From Basidiobolus meristosporus CBS 931.73 (lineage: Eukaryota > Fungi > Basidiobolomycota), in NCBI GenBank assembly GCA_002104905.1, contig MCFE01000396.1:1-64000 (forward strand): a stretch of 64,000 nt of DNA, read 5' to 3'. The position numbers and the translations under genes are program-made. Positions 1 through 11,849 of this stretch are shown one piece after another; the first letter of the stretch is position 1; every line of letters begins with the position of its first letter. The notes below the pieces were generated by a model that saw nothing but the letters and a program-made list of their open reading frames with translations, made no database searches and had not been told where the DNA came from.

Positions 1-184
1 TCCTGAATCGTTTGGATCTCACTGCAGCCAGGTAGGAGGCGAACGAAATGCCTCATGGTGACCAGAATTGCGGTTAGAGCAAAAACTGTGGAAGACATTG
101 CTGAATTTTACTACTATGCAACCGAAGGTTGTGGTGATCCAGCCTTTATATGACCATTCGTATGCTCCGCCAACCATGCCACAA

Positions 185-2465
185 TAAACATGTGCTTTGC
201 CGATATTAGCGTTTCTACATCACAGTGACTGTGCCTCTATCAGAGACAAGCATACTGACCTACCATTAAGGCCCATTGTAGCATTTTGATTCACGAGGAT
301 GAGCAAAATGAGACGTCCAGGGCCCGCGTAAGTTCGTAAAATAAGATCAATATTAAGCTAAGGCAATGACAATCAGATGCTTCATTTCACTTCTGCATGG
401 CTCTGCAACGTCTGCTCAAACAGTCAATGCACTGCATACAGCGCCTGATATCCATTCATTAGCCTAAATGCAAGATATTATCAATAATTCATGCCAAGAA
501 AACCGCATATAGGTCACTCCCCTAAGGTGGGTTACGTACCAGTCCAGTGTACCAGTCCGGTGTCATGCTACGCCTTCATCACATAGACTTCCAGGATATA
601 ACAGTATTCATAGCCCTGTAGTATCTGTGGCACATGCCATTCGAGATACTACAATACTTCTTCGCATTGTAAACAGGTAGGTGACTGGATGTTGATGGTG
701 TGCTTTATTTTGTCTAAGTATTTGTTTACGGGGGTAGGGATGGTTGGAGGCTGTGCGATTGGAAATCGATAGAGCTCTTTCTCTTTGCACTTAGAAAAGT
801 CCCCCTTCGGTTGCATACATACTCTAATGAGACTGTCTGTGGCCGATTAAAAGCAATTATTGCCCTGAAGATTAATCGAGATTATCGCCTCCGGCTGCCA
901 CAGGACCCAACGATCTGGCTCCAGATTGATGCACTGTGTTCTCAAGATGGAACTTAGACGCTCTATTTGCTCCGAATTGGCCAGCCTGAGATCTTTGCCA
1001 GTGAAAGAAGCTTAGCAGGGACCTGGCATTGCCTCTATCCTTGTTATAGCCGGCAAGACAACAGCTTACATCGACATAGAGATCGTTGATCTGGACCTGG
1101 ACTAACGATTCTTCAGAGCTTAACGATGGTATCCAACTGTCGCCTGAGCAGGATAGCGGGCCCAGCTGCTTGATCACCTCCCGGAGAATCTGGACGTGGG
1201 TTCGAGGCTGACCTTCATTGAAGATAGACATAGCTGGCGTGCACTGAAAGTCAGCCGGAGTGGTGTGAATAATGGTGAGACAGCCGCGCGATGCAAGAAG
1301 CCGGTAGAAAATGGAGTCCAGCGCCGGGGCCAGGAGCTTCAAGTAGTACAAAGAATGACCAGCAATGATAATGTCGTATCTGGTGGGGCCTGCCACTTGA
1401 GAGGAAACGAACGTCTCAAAGTCGGTGTCAAACAGTAGCATATCAATGCTCTCGGACACGCACGAGTCGACATTGATACCGCAGGGTGTGTTCTCCCCAT
1501 AACCGACGGTCACGCTGCTGCTAGCCGAGCGCATCTTGTCGAGAAATTCGTATCGGTGGGCTCTACTTGGCTCAACCCCATGGTAAACAGTGTGGGCACA
1601 GTTGGTCAAGAATATCTCGCGAATCAGATAGCCATCCACGTCGCCATTCCCGCAGCCGATGGAGAGGACAGAAAGCCTAGAGTACTTTTGAGCCAACGGC
1701 GTGAGGTTGTTCAGGTACCATCGCTTGACGTTCTGCTTCTGGTCGGAATAGTGGCGGAAAAGGCTGAATGCCTGAGCATAGTAGTCGCTTGAGCTGTGGA
1801 GGTTAGGCAGGTCAGAGAGAGTCATGTTCAAGAGTATTTCACAACTCGAGCGTCATTTAAATATACGAAAGTATGTTGCGAGTATGTGCAATATACTAGC
1901 CGGTGTTGAGATCACACTGATTATGCTGAAAGTATCCTGAAGCGATCAGGATTTCTTGGATAAATATGCTTGCAGCTAGTCAATTGAATGTGTTGTATCT
2001 GTCCTGAATGCGACGATGGGAGCGAAAGTAAACCCTTATATGCAGCCTCTTCAACCTAGCACTCCCCTCAATAGCAGGAATGGTTTGGATCAGCGATGCT
2101 TATGAATCCACCATCCCCAGTAATGCTCGACTCTATTGGCTATATCAGCGCTTTTACTGATGGCTTTTGTCCAGGACTGCCATCTACCACCTGACTACCT
2201 GTTGTGGCTTGCATTCACCAGGCACTTTTCGGATACGATTGCAAGGGGTTACGGTATGCTACGGGCATGCTAATTTCTTTTCAGCGTCAGTGCCCGCCAT
2301 TTGCAACCCCAATATCCAATCGTTTGACCCTGGATCACCGCAACACACAGACACCAACCAATCGAGATTACTGATTTTCCAATGCATCGAACCGCATTGA
2401 CTGTAGATCAAACACCAATATGGTAGCATGATGGAATAGGACTAATACTCCATTACCAGCCATGA
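185..2465. repeat. Tandem segmental duplication, copy A (contains methyltransferase gene A)
   Basis: Flanks align by eye with 3455-5150, roughly 70-75% identical. Examples: CATCACAGTGACTGTGCCTC at ~218 and ~3488; GCATTGACTG(T/C)AGATCAAACA at ~2394 and ~5079. Confidence 0.9.
847..1825 (-). CDS. Class I SAM-dependent methyltransferase, histamine N-methyltransferase-like; intronless; apparent frameshift at ~1003
   Basis: Motif I VLSIGCGNGDVD, acidic motif II HGVEPS and YDIIIAGHSLYY match HNMT-family motifs. ATG at 1825. After LLSFF the plausible C-terminus (TGKDLRLANSEQIERLSSILRTQCINLEPDRWVLWQPEAIISI..., stop at 847) lies in a shifted frame. Confidence 0.8.
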
Positions 2466-3454
2466 GTGGGGGGGGGTCAGTGTGTTGAGTATACAAAATT
2501 GATATCAATCCAAATTTACTTCAAACGCTAATTCCAGGTCGATATCAAGTTGGAAATATGAATCGCTGGATTGGTCTTAATTCGCACACGCATGGTGTTA
2601 ACAGATTTCACGATTCCCATATTTTTGGCCACATTAGCAACTTTCCTCGGATGTATTGATTATTTCATGGAATTCGAAATTTTCTTTATGCCCGCAACTC
2701 TGGTTTTTTGATCGTTATAGATTAGAAATATTCCAAGCCCCGACCATGATCTGCTTGGCACTGGGCAGTGTGTCAGTCAAAACGGAGCGGACGGATGCCA
2801 CAGCCTAATCTGCAAATGGTGATTAGTATTCTAGATTCGTGAATGGCGCAAGCAAGAGAATGGGGCTGAAGGAGTAATTTGAGTGTATTTCACAAATGGG
2901 CACGTATGAAATATTAAAGGATTTGGTTGCATAACATATATAATCACTGCCTTGGTTATGTGTGGACGGAAGTGAAACAAGTTCAATAACATACATGAAG
3001 CCTGAAAGACTATTTATGACACAATCGAAGGGGTCAGTCCTGGAAGCCGGGAATGAAACAATGGCGATCCTCAATGTCACACTTTCAGATAACTGCTGAT
3101 GCGGAACCTGTTACATCGAAGCATGCTTGGGGGGGTCAGTCTTTGCGTGTTTGTGTGCAAATCTTGAAGGACCAATTGGTTCATTAGTATACCTGTTGGC
3201 ATAGATGCTACCCAGTGAGATTTTCCAGTTAGGTACGAAGTCTGTAATTTCGAACCCATATGTGCATTGAGGAATTTACTTTGAGAAGCAGAGGTACCTG
3301 ACGCTGTATGGCCGTAAAAAGACCCCACCAGAGATCAGCAGATAATATAGGTTGAGCCCTACGCTCTAACCCCTCGCCCGCACAGTCCGGGACACCTGGG
3401 TACACACACGCTCAAAATCACAGGGCCAGAGAGCCACTGAAGGGTAAAAAGCAA

Positions 3455-5150
3455 AAAACATGCGCTCTGCCGATTTTAGCATTTCTGCATCACAGTGACT
3501 GTGCCTCCATTAGCAACAAACATACTGGCCTCCGTTTAAGACCTATCGTAGCAAATGATTCACGAAGGTGAGCAATGACGAGATGCCCGGAGTCCAAGCT
3601 GGTTCTGAATAATTTGGTCATTTGTCTGGAACCTGATTCAGGGCCCAAGGCACTGGCGATCAGCTACAGCCTACCTCATGTTATTTCTGTTTGACTCTGA
3701 GCGTCCGCTCAAACAGCCAACGCATTGCATAAAGCGCCCAATATCCACACATGAACCTAAACATAGGATACCGATAATCTTGGTTGAATAATACTAAGAA
3801 AACCGCAAACAGGCCTCTCGCACTTTAAATCAGCCGAAGTGGCGTGAACAATGGTGAGACAGCCGCGCGGTGCAAGAAGCCGGTAGAAAATGGAGTCCAG
3901 CGCCGGGGCCAGGAGCTTCAAGTAGTACAAAGAATGACCAGCAATGATAATGTCGTATCTGGTGGGGCCTGCCACTTGAGAGGAAACGAACGTCTCAAAG
4001 TCGGTGTCAAACAGTAGCATATCAATGCTCTCGGACACGCACGAGTCGACATTGATACCGCAGGGTGTGTTCTCCCCATAACCGACGGTCACGCTGCTGC
4101 TAGCCGAGCGCATCTTGTCGAGAAATTCGTATCGGTGGGCTCTACTTGGCTCAACCCCATGGTAAACAGTGTGGGCACAGTTGGTCAAGAATATCTCGCG
4201 AATCAGATAGCCATCCACGTCGCCATTCCCGCAGCCGATGGAGAGGACAGAAAGCCTAGAGTACTTTTGAGCCAACGGCGTGAGGTTGTTAAGGTACCAT
4301 CGCTTGGCGTTCTGCTTCTGGTCGGAATAGTGGCGGAAAAGGCTGAATGCCTGAGCATAGTAGTCGCTTGAGCTGTGAAGGTTGGGCAGGTCAGAGAGAG
4401 TCATGTCATAGGGGATTGCATAGCCCAAGTTCCATGTATCTATTGATACGCAGGTGCTGTTAGAGTACGAGAAGGGCAAGTCTGCTAGCCGGCATCATAA
4501 GCACAATCAGGATGGCGACTGTGCCCATCCTAGTGCGGTCGGGTTTCTTGGATAGATATGTATGTAGCTGGTTAGTTAAATCCCATTTGTGTATGCGATG
4601 TGTTGCATCTGTCTTGAATGCGGTCATTAGAGGGATGAATAAACCTCTCAAGCACCCCTTCCAATGGTAAGAACGGTCTAGATAAGCGATGCTTGTAATT
4701 CTGCTATCCCAAGAAATCATGTGCTTTACCAAAAACCCTGTTCACCGAGAGGGCCACGAGGCAAATGAAGACCAGAGAGCAAATTCACAGATTGCGATTC
4801 AGACCACCAAGATCTACTGACCTCGTGGTCGCTAGCTGGCAATACTTCCTTGCTTTAGGCCGTGATTTGAAGTGCAAGTCAATTGGCTACAGATATTTTC
4901 ATACGATCCGTGCAGGCCAAGGTGGTTGTTGCTCGTGCACGAGTGTACCATGGACTTTTCAATATCGGTGCCGCACTATTGGCAATCCTAACCCCGATAT
5001 CCAATTGCTTTACCGTGGGTATCCGGATTAGACGTGCACCAACCAATTGAGATTACGGAATTTCCAATGCAGTGAACAGCATTGACTGCAGATCAAACAT
5101 CAATACGGTGACGTGGTGGAATAGGACGGACACTCCACTTCCAGGCATGA
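3455..5150. repeat. Tandem segmental duplication, copy B (contains truncated methyltransferase B)
   Basis: Homologous to 185-2465 but lacks the equivalent of ~520-1238 (junction at ~3820). Confidence 0.9.
3820..4404 (-). pseudogene. 3'-truncated copy of the HNMT-like methyltransferase
   Basis: 3850-4405 has 5 mismatches to 1271-1826. The ORF then runs across a ~720-bp deletion into downstream flank sequence, so the C-terminal ~40% of the protein is missing. Confidence 0.85.
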
Positions 5151-6126
5151 GCGAAGAAAGCATAATGACCGATGGATCAGAGGCTATGAGAAAAGTGGCG
5201 GGTGACCAACTCTCGTAGTGAGCCTTCGGTTGATTGGAAGCTGGCTCTAATCCAGATTCACAAATGTCCGTTTCATAATTTCCGGATTCTAATTTGCGAC
5301 TGGATGCAAATCGTTGCTGGAAATGGTTGGCAAGTTGAACTACTCATTTGCCTATACATAGCATAACATCCGGGTGCTTAGATATGGGCCGATTAGATGA
5401 ATGTCATTGATGAGAAGATTACTATGAGAATTGGTGTGTAGCAGGGTCTTCACATTTATGCTAGAAATCCACATCTTTTTGGCATTGGATTGTTATATAT
5501 TAGTTGCAACCATGAACTCATAGCTGAGACGGGATTATCCGCCTATGCTTCATGTTCATGTTGTCTTTCAACAGCAAACTAATTGACCTTACTAACGTAT
5601 TCAAAACCATCAATGCTTTTCATGGCTTTTGATTTACTTAATCATTCATGTTAACCTGCAGGCTCACTATATAGCTTCTAATGCAACTTTAAATATTTCA
5701 CCATGCACCCTAACTAGGCCATCATACCCATTAGGATAAACTTGATCATACAGGTGGATCAGATCCGCATCATATTGTCTGAATCTCATGATGAACATTT
5801 ACAATGTTGCATTCAGGGGGTTCATTCAAAATATACTATGACTCAAGTAGTATTACAATGGCATATGAGGTCATGGTACTGGTGAATGCAATAATACTCC
5901 CATTTATGGTGAAAGTTTGATGGCATTTAGCTGGTGATGTTGTAGATACCATACTGTTGTATGAAGGTATTACAGCTGCCATCATATGCATACAAATCAA
6001 GATGGAGTGAAAATTGAAGTAATAGAGAGAGATCTAAGTATTTGCTTACTGCTTGCAATACTGCTATTATTATCTCAATGCAGCTTCTTGACACAACAGT
6101 TATTGATGTTTATGTGGTAACATTTG

Positions 6127-6440
6127 TGGAGATATTGGTAGTGATTGGGAGAACAAGTAGATAATGTGGTTTTCACTTCCTGATATATTCAATGTAAGCA
6201 TAGTTTTGTACTATTACATGATCTTGGCAAAACAAACCTACAAAGTATATATAGGAAGATCCCAAGAGCATGTGTGTAAAGCCTTTGGCTACTTTGATAA
6301 CTTTGAGAACTTTCATGTTTTGGGTACCTGATATTTTTGTTGTAAATATTCCAAGTAAATTCCAACAAGGAATTTGGTTTGTATTCTCTAAAACCTCTAA
6401 GTATTGATGTAAGTGACTAAGCTAGGTGAGTATTTATGTG
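6127..6440 (+). repeat. ~320-bp interspersed repeat family, copy 1
   Basis: GATATTGGTAGTGATTGGGAGAACAAGTAGATAATGTGGTTTTCACTT matches the copy at ~11211 with 3 mismatches in 48 nt. Ends with AAGTGACTAAGCTAGGTGA. Confidence 0.85.
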
Positions 6441-7544
6441 GATTTACGGATGTTTACAACAGTTTAAGCAGGCATTAGTAACTTACATGAAACAAAGTGG
6501 TATCTCATGTATAAATACTGCAAAATCTGATGCAAAATCTGATTTACAACAATAATGACTCAGTGACTCTAGTTTACTACAGAGCCTCACTAAACTGATC
6601 CCATAGCATCATTGGTTGTATACAAGCTACTGCCCTGTTTGCAGCTCAGATAACTTTATGAGTGATGTTGAATATGCCAACTCCAACATAATTTGGCTAT
6701 ATGTATTGGGTATTGTATCACAAGTAGCTCTGAAGTCCATGAATTTGCAAGACAGGCCTACAATAATCATGCTGTAATGCTTACACCTAAACCTCTCATA
6801 TAGCATATGATTCCACCTGTTGTATACAAGAGAAAAGTGTAATAAAACTCTTGATTGGTCTAACTGAACCTAAGTGTCAACGAAGTGCAAAATCTTAGAA
6901 TTGTCAAAGAGTGGCAGAAATATTAGCAGAGAGGTACTAGTCTAATATTGGTATTGTATAGAGCTGGGTTTGGCTATAAAGACAATAGAGTTGGTTTTCT
7001 ATGCAGGCTAGGCTTGGTGTTCTTGGGTGTGCTAGGTATGCTAGACTTGGGTAGAAATTAGAATGCTGTTGTTGAATTCTTAATTTTGCTAAGACACAAT
7101 CTTAATTTTGATGAAACTCACACTAAACCAAAAGTTCAGTAAGCTTTATTTATACTTTTTTGATCAAGTTGAATTAGTAAGTGCCAATAGACCGGACTAA
7201 TTGAAATCTGTGTGAATATTGATAGGTGTATAAGATAAAGGAAAGTTCCATCATTAATCAGCTGATTTCTTGACAACTGCTAAGTTGTTGGATAGATCTC
7301 AGATGACTAATTACCTCAGAAGGCTTGGCAAATAAGTGGTCAATGTAATGGCCACATGAGAACTGATCAGGTGTGACAGCCAACATATATTCCAAGATGA
7401 GATAAAACAAGCCATAACTGGGATTAGTTATGTTTGGGTTAGGGAAAATCAGTTAGGGTACTAGATTTTCTAACAGAGTAATATTGGCTAAGTTTTAAAT
7501 GTTGATGCACAACACCACTTGGTTTATTGTTAAGTTGCAAATCC

Positions 7545-7800
7545 CTTAGGATTTAGTTTGTAAGAACTTTGTTAATTCTTATTGTTAGTGAAGGTCTGAG
7601 AGTCATTTATATCTTTAAGTCTGTACAGAAGCCCCACACTTTGCATATAGTGTCCTGGAACCTTCCTCAAAATACTCTTATCATTTTACAAAGTTCCTCT
7701 AAAAGTATAAATATATTATTTGAGCCTAATAAAATAACAGGTGAATATCATGCAGTTGTAGTTTTCTAAATCACTTTCATTACTCCCTTAAGTCTTGCAA
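7545..7800 (-). repeat. ~320-bp repeat family, copy 2 (inverted, more diverged)
   Basis: Reverse complement contains TATTTATACTTTT...GAGGAAGGTTCCAGGACACTATATGCAAAGTGTGGGGC, matching AGGAAGGTCCCAAAAACATGTGTGCAAAGTTTGGGGC in copy 4. Confidence 0.65.
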
Positions 7801-7994
7801 TATATCATACAGATGTGCAAAGGCTCACCAATGACACTTGTATATACCAATTAGTCCAGTAGATCATCTCCCACTAAAGCATAGTAATACTTAGCTCAGA
7901 CTATTCTTGGCTGTAAGCTTATCAAACCTATCATGCCTGCAGCATTGGTAGGATAACATTTAGCATAAAGGCTAAGGCAACTGATTGTCGGTCA

Positions 7995-8255
7995 ACTGTA
8001 AGAGTTCTTAGAATATTCAAAGGGATTGGGAGAACAAGCAGATTTTCTGGTCCACACTTGATGATTTATTAAATAGTAAAGTGGTGAAAATCATTATTTT
8101 GTCTTAAGTGCATATGTGCAAAGTTTGGAGGTTTTTAGACAACATTGAGATTTTTGATGTTATGAGTGCCTGATATTCCAAAGCCAGTACTAACAATGAT
8201 TTTGGGTAAGATATTCCAAGACTTGTAGACTATTATCCATGTGACTAAGTTAATG
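7995..8255 (+). repeat. ~320-bp repeat family, copy 3 (internally shortened)
   Basis: TGTAAGAG...GATTGGGAGAACAAGCAGAT...ATGATTTATT...ATGTGCAAAGTTTGG...GTGACTAAGTTA is collinear with copies 1 and 4. Confidence 0.75.
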
Positions 8256-8998
8256 AAATATGCCTACCATTCAATCATTGGACCGACTATGAAACTAAAA
8301 GTCAACTAACCTTTAGATCATTTATTTAGATATCACTTCTCTGCTTGATCAGCCATATCTCCGTTCACAAAAATTAGTAAAACATTGATTATCACCAAGC
8401 TCGGATTACAAATCACAACACCTCAAATATTCTGGCAGAGGTGGATAGCAATTGATTTTGTTAAATTTGGAGTCTTGAAGTAAGCATGGGATGATGAATG
8501 CGTGAAGGGTTTGTTAGGGTTACTGAGCAATCTTCCACGATATAAGCTAGTATTGATTGGGTCCTTGAACTTGCCATTGAACTTTGGCCATTCTTCACCA
8601 ATAAAAGAAACTTGGATCCTGGCAGGGTCTCTCTACAACTGGTAGCATCTCAACACCTTCCATCTATAATCATTTGCTAGCTAAATTTGGAAGTGCCTTC
8701 AAGAAAACCCGCCCAGTTTGTGGATAGCCAATTATGGCCCACTCATAGTCTCTTCTATGATCACCAATGCTGCATGTCATAAGCGTTGGGAAATAAGCCA
8801 AATATAGCAATTACGTGAGCCAATGAACTTCATTTGTGTACAGCGGGTAAAATTCATGTAAAGGTTCTTGTACGAATTGTTAACCAGTTGATCTACTTAG
8901 AGGCTTGGCGGTGGATAAACCCCAAATATGGAAATCCCTCCGATCCTGGTATGCTATATATACTACTTTCCATCTCCCACTTCCTCATATCCAAAAGT

Positions 8999-10099
8999 AT
9001 GTGCAAGAACAAGCCCCTAACCAAAGCGCCTACTGGCTACCGCATTGCCCCCGAATGGGAGCCGCACAAGCGTACCATCATGGCTTGGCCTGCGTCGACA
9101 TACATCTGGCGAAATCTACTTACTGGCGCTCAAAGAAACATTGCTCAGCTAGCGCAAGCCATCTCCCGTTTCGAGCCGGTCCAAGTCCTAGTCTCACCTG
9201 ATCAGATCCACCACGCTAAAAAGGCTTTGGGAGACAAGGTAGAGGTGATCCCCATTGCTGTGGATGATTTTTGGACTCGGGACACTACGCCTCTGTTTCT
9301 TACCAAGGGAAAGGAGACAGTTGGCGTTGATTACAACTTCAATGGCTGGGGAATGAAAGTCCCATCCAGGTACCGCAAGAATGATGGGAGTGCATCACGT
9401 AACTATCTCTCTCACTACAAAATCCCTCGACTCCGATCTATTCTTGTTGCCGAAGGAGGGGCCATTGAGACCGATGGCCAGGGGACGCTACTAGTGACAG
9501 AGAGCAGCATCGTGAACAGCAACCGCAATCCTGGGATGGGTCGTAAGGAGATCGAAACGGAGCTCAAGTCTGAGCTTGGCATCCAGAAGGTCATCTGGCT
9601 CAAGGGAGTCAAAGGGAAGGATATTACCGACTCGCATGTGGACACCTTGGCTCGGTTTGTTGCACCGGGTGTTGTGGTAGTGAGTCGTCCAGGGCCAGCC
9701 AGAAAGAATGACCCTGACTCTGCCATCTGGGCCGAGCAATATCGTCAAGCCATGCAAGTCTTGACTCAAGCTACCGATGCAAAGGGGAACCGACTAAAGA
9801 TCATACAACTGCCTGAGCCAGATTACGAGAAAATCAGGGGGATGCCCGCCGAAGGAGCCACAGATGAAGTGTCCCTGGAGGTGTTCGGGGACTCGTTCCT
9901 AGGCTCCTATGCTAACTTCTACATTGCTAATGGAGCCATCATCATGCCGGAGTTTGGGGATGCAGAGGCGGATAGGGCGGCGCAGAATGTTCTTCGAGGT
10001 GTATTCCCTGGTCGACAAATTGTTCCCTTGAACATCGACTACATTGCAGTAGGTGGTGGAGGCATTCATTGCGCAACTCGTGATCAACCTGAAGCGTAG
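8999..10099 (+). CDS. aguA: Agmatine deiminase (PPAD/AguA family), intronless, ~366 aa
   Basis: N-terminal APEWEPHKRTIMAWP, WTRDT, DYNFNGWG, EGGAIETDGQGTLL, DITDSHVDT (catalytic His/Asp), YANFYIAN and GGGIHCAT (catalytic Cys) are all present. Likely start is the ATG at 8999. Confidence 0.93.
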   Translation: MCKNKPLTKAPTGYRIAPEWEPHKRTIMAWPASTYIWRNLLTGAQRNIAQLAQAISRFEPVQVLVSPDQIHHAKKALGDKVEVIPIAVDDFWTRDTTPLFLTKGKETVGVDYNFNGWGMKVPSRYRKNDGSASRNYLSHYKIPRLRSILVAEGGAIETDGQGTLLVTESSIVNSNRNPGMGRKEIETELKSELGIQKVIWLKGVKGKDITDSHVDTLARFVAPGVVVVSRPGPARKNDPDSAIWAEQYRQAMQVLTQATDAKGNRLKIIQLPEPDYEKIRGMPAEGATDEVSLEVFGDSFLGSYANFYIANGAIIMPEFGDAEADRAAQNVLRGVFPGRQIVPLNIDYIAVGGGGIHCATRDQPEA

Positions 10100-11191
10100 A
10101 TATTCTTCAGAGCCAAGTGGACCCTTCAAGTGGATACTACAAGCATTCCTTGTGAAACACACCTTGTGAAACACACTGTTTATCTGCCTAATTCTTGGTA
10201 TGTATGTGTAGTGTTTTACACTCTTTAATGTAATGGCACAATAAAAGCATTAGCTAACTGACCTTCATGTAGCTTTGGTGGCAAACATTTGTAAGGATCA
10301 GGCTTTTGACCCGAAATATTGTATCCCTCTGAACTGTGCTATTGGAATCGATTATTGCTGGCCATTATTCTTCGGCGTTCACTTTTCACTTGCATAGCGT
10401 GGATAACACCACTCCCATGGTATAATAAGATATTGTCATTCGGGCTCTTGTTTTCCCTAGCTCTTCTCTACCTTTTGCGCCTATTGAAATCAATTTAAAT
10501 GAGTCTTTGGCAATAATGTTTGCTGATTGAATATATCGGGTGCTGGATTGTATGATCTCAAGAAGAATGTATTGGCGCACGCAACTAGCTTTATACTCGA
10601 TATCATGGGATTTAGTGAGCATTTATTAGAACAAGTAGATTGGGTATTGGTGATTGTTAGTAAGATCCTGGAAGTTGCCAGAATCCTCAAACTTCGCATG
10701 CCACCTCCTAGTGCCTTTCTTGCATCATCCTCAACAACTTTTTGACAAAGTTCTGGTAAAAGACTTCATAGCGTGCTCTCCAGCTCATTGATATTACCTC
10801 CAAAATTCTCCCATTTGTAAGCTCGCAGGCTAAGGAAATCCCCTGTTTACTCACTGTTAGGAATCTACTATCGATTATTTGAGATTATATAGTACAGACT
10901 GAGGCTTTCCACATCTCTGAGGAATAAGTGATTCTGATACTATGTTTCTAGCTGAAGCTCAGTTGAGAGCACTCTGGTGAATATACTGAGAAAGCACTTT
11001 TTGATTAGATGAAATCAAATGCCAGTGCCCCATGTAGTGTATTTGCAATCTACAAAATTGCTGCATACTTATAAATGAAATTATGAAATGTATAGGATCA
11101 GAGTATCAATGTAGTCCAAGTGTTGATCTATGCTTGTCCATTTAATGTCCATGATACAACATATGCGTGAAAATGTTGCATCTACTGGTAT

Positions 11192-11500
11192 CTGTTGTAA
11201 GAGTCTTGGAGATATTGGAAGTGATTGGGAGGACAAGTAGATTATGTGGTTTTCACTTAATGATTTATTGATTGTAAAAGTAGTATTTATACTTTTACCT
11301 GGTCTTGGCACAACAAACACGTATAATAGGTTAAGGAAGGTCCCAAAAACATGTGTGCAAAGTTTGGGGCTGTTTGGACAACTTATCAAATTTTCATGTT
11401 CTGGGTAAATATTCTAAGTAAATCCCGACAAGGAATTTGGTCAGTATTCTCTAGGATTTGAAGGTGATGATCTAAGTGACTAAGTTAGGTGAATGTTTAG
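11192..11500 (+). repeat. ~320-bp repeat family, copy 4
   Basis: Aligns with copy 1 and with the reverse complement of 11850-12175. Confidence 0.85.
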
Positions 11501-11849
11501 ATGGAAATACAAATTTTTACAACAATATCTAGCAACAGTGTCTTGTATTAGTATACCCTTCCCTAATGCCTTCATTATTAAATATGGGAGCAATACTTGA
11601 ATCCAAGCTCTTAGCAGGGTGGTGCTAATTAAAAAGTTAATAGGATAGTAGCGGAATTGTTAAGGAAAGGCTTTGCATTTCTTAATGGAGCAAGTGCTAC
11701 TGCTTTATTTACAGATATAAGTGCTAAAAGCAAGTGCTTTGTGTTATCTATATTCTGCATATTCTTGAAATGAGTAAAGGGCTTTATGCTATCATGATTT
11801 GAAAGCTTGTCCATCATCCCTCACCCTTTGTGTTGTGGATTTTGTAGCT

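Larger units (their letters stand above)
5600..8400. mobile_element. AT-rich, CpG-depleted block, probably decayed transposon relics
   Basis: Only 2 CpG counted in 6481-7980 while GpC is common. No long ORFs. Contains three copies of the ~320-bp repeat. Confidence 0.55.

Noticed and set aside
3340-3420. GGTTAGAGCG on the minus strand, resembling a tRNA D-arm
   Set aside because: No acceptor stem or T-loop (GTTCRA) at the right spacing.
7569-7769. LHIVSWN resembling the start of a LINE AP-endonuclease
   Set aside because: The downstream LQET and GD.N motifs are absent, and the other repeat copies do not keep this frame.
8834-8998. 55-aa N-terminal extension of the agmatine deiminase ORF
   Set aside because: It starts at a non-ATG codon and lies before family homology begins. 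It contains a TATATA-like promoter element, and the ATG at 8999 fits better.
519-10180. Short tandem duplications (GTACCAGTCC x2 at ~536, TGCAAAATCTGA x2 at ~6519, CCTTGTGAAACACA x2 at ~10148)
   Set aside because: Two-copy slippage products with no spacer structure. Not CRISPR-like and no evident function.
10490-10830. Minus-strand reading frame of ~110 codons with one internal stop (YKWENFGGNINELESTL*SLLPELCQKVVEDDARKALGG...)
   Set aside because: May be a gene or TE relic, but I recognise no motif and cannot support a call.
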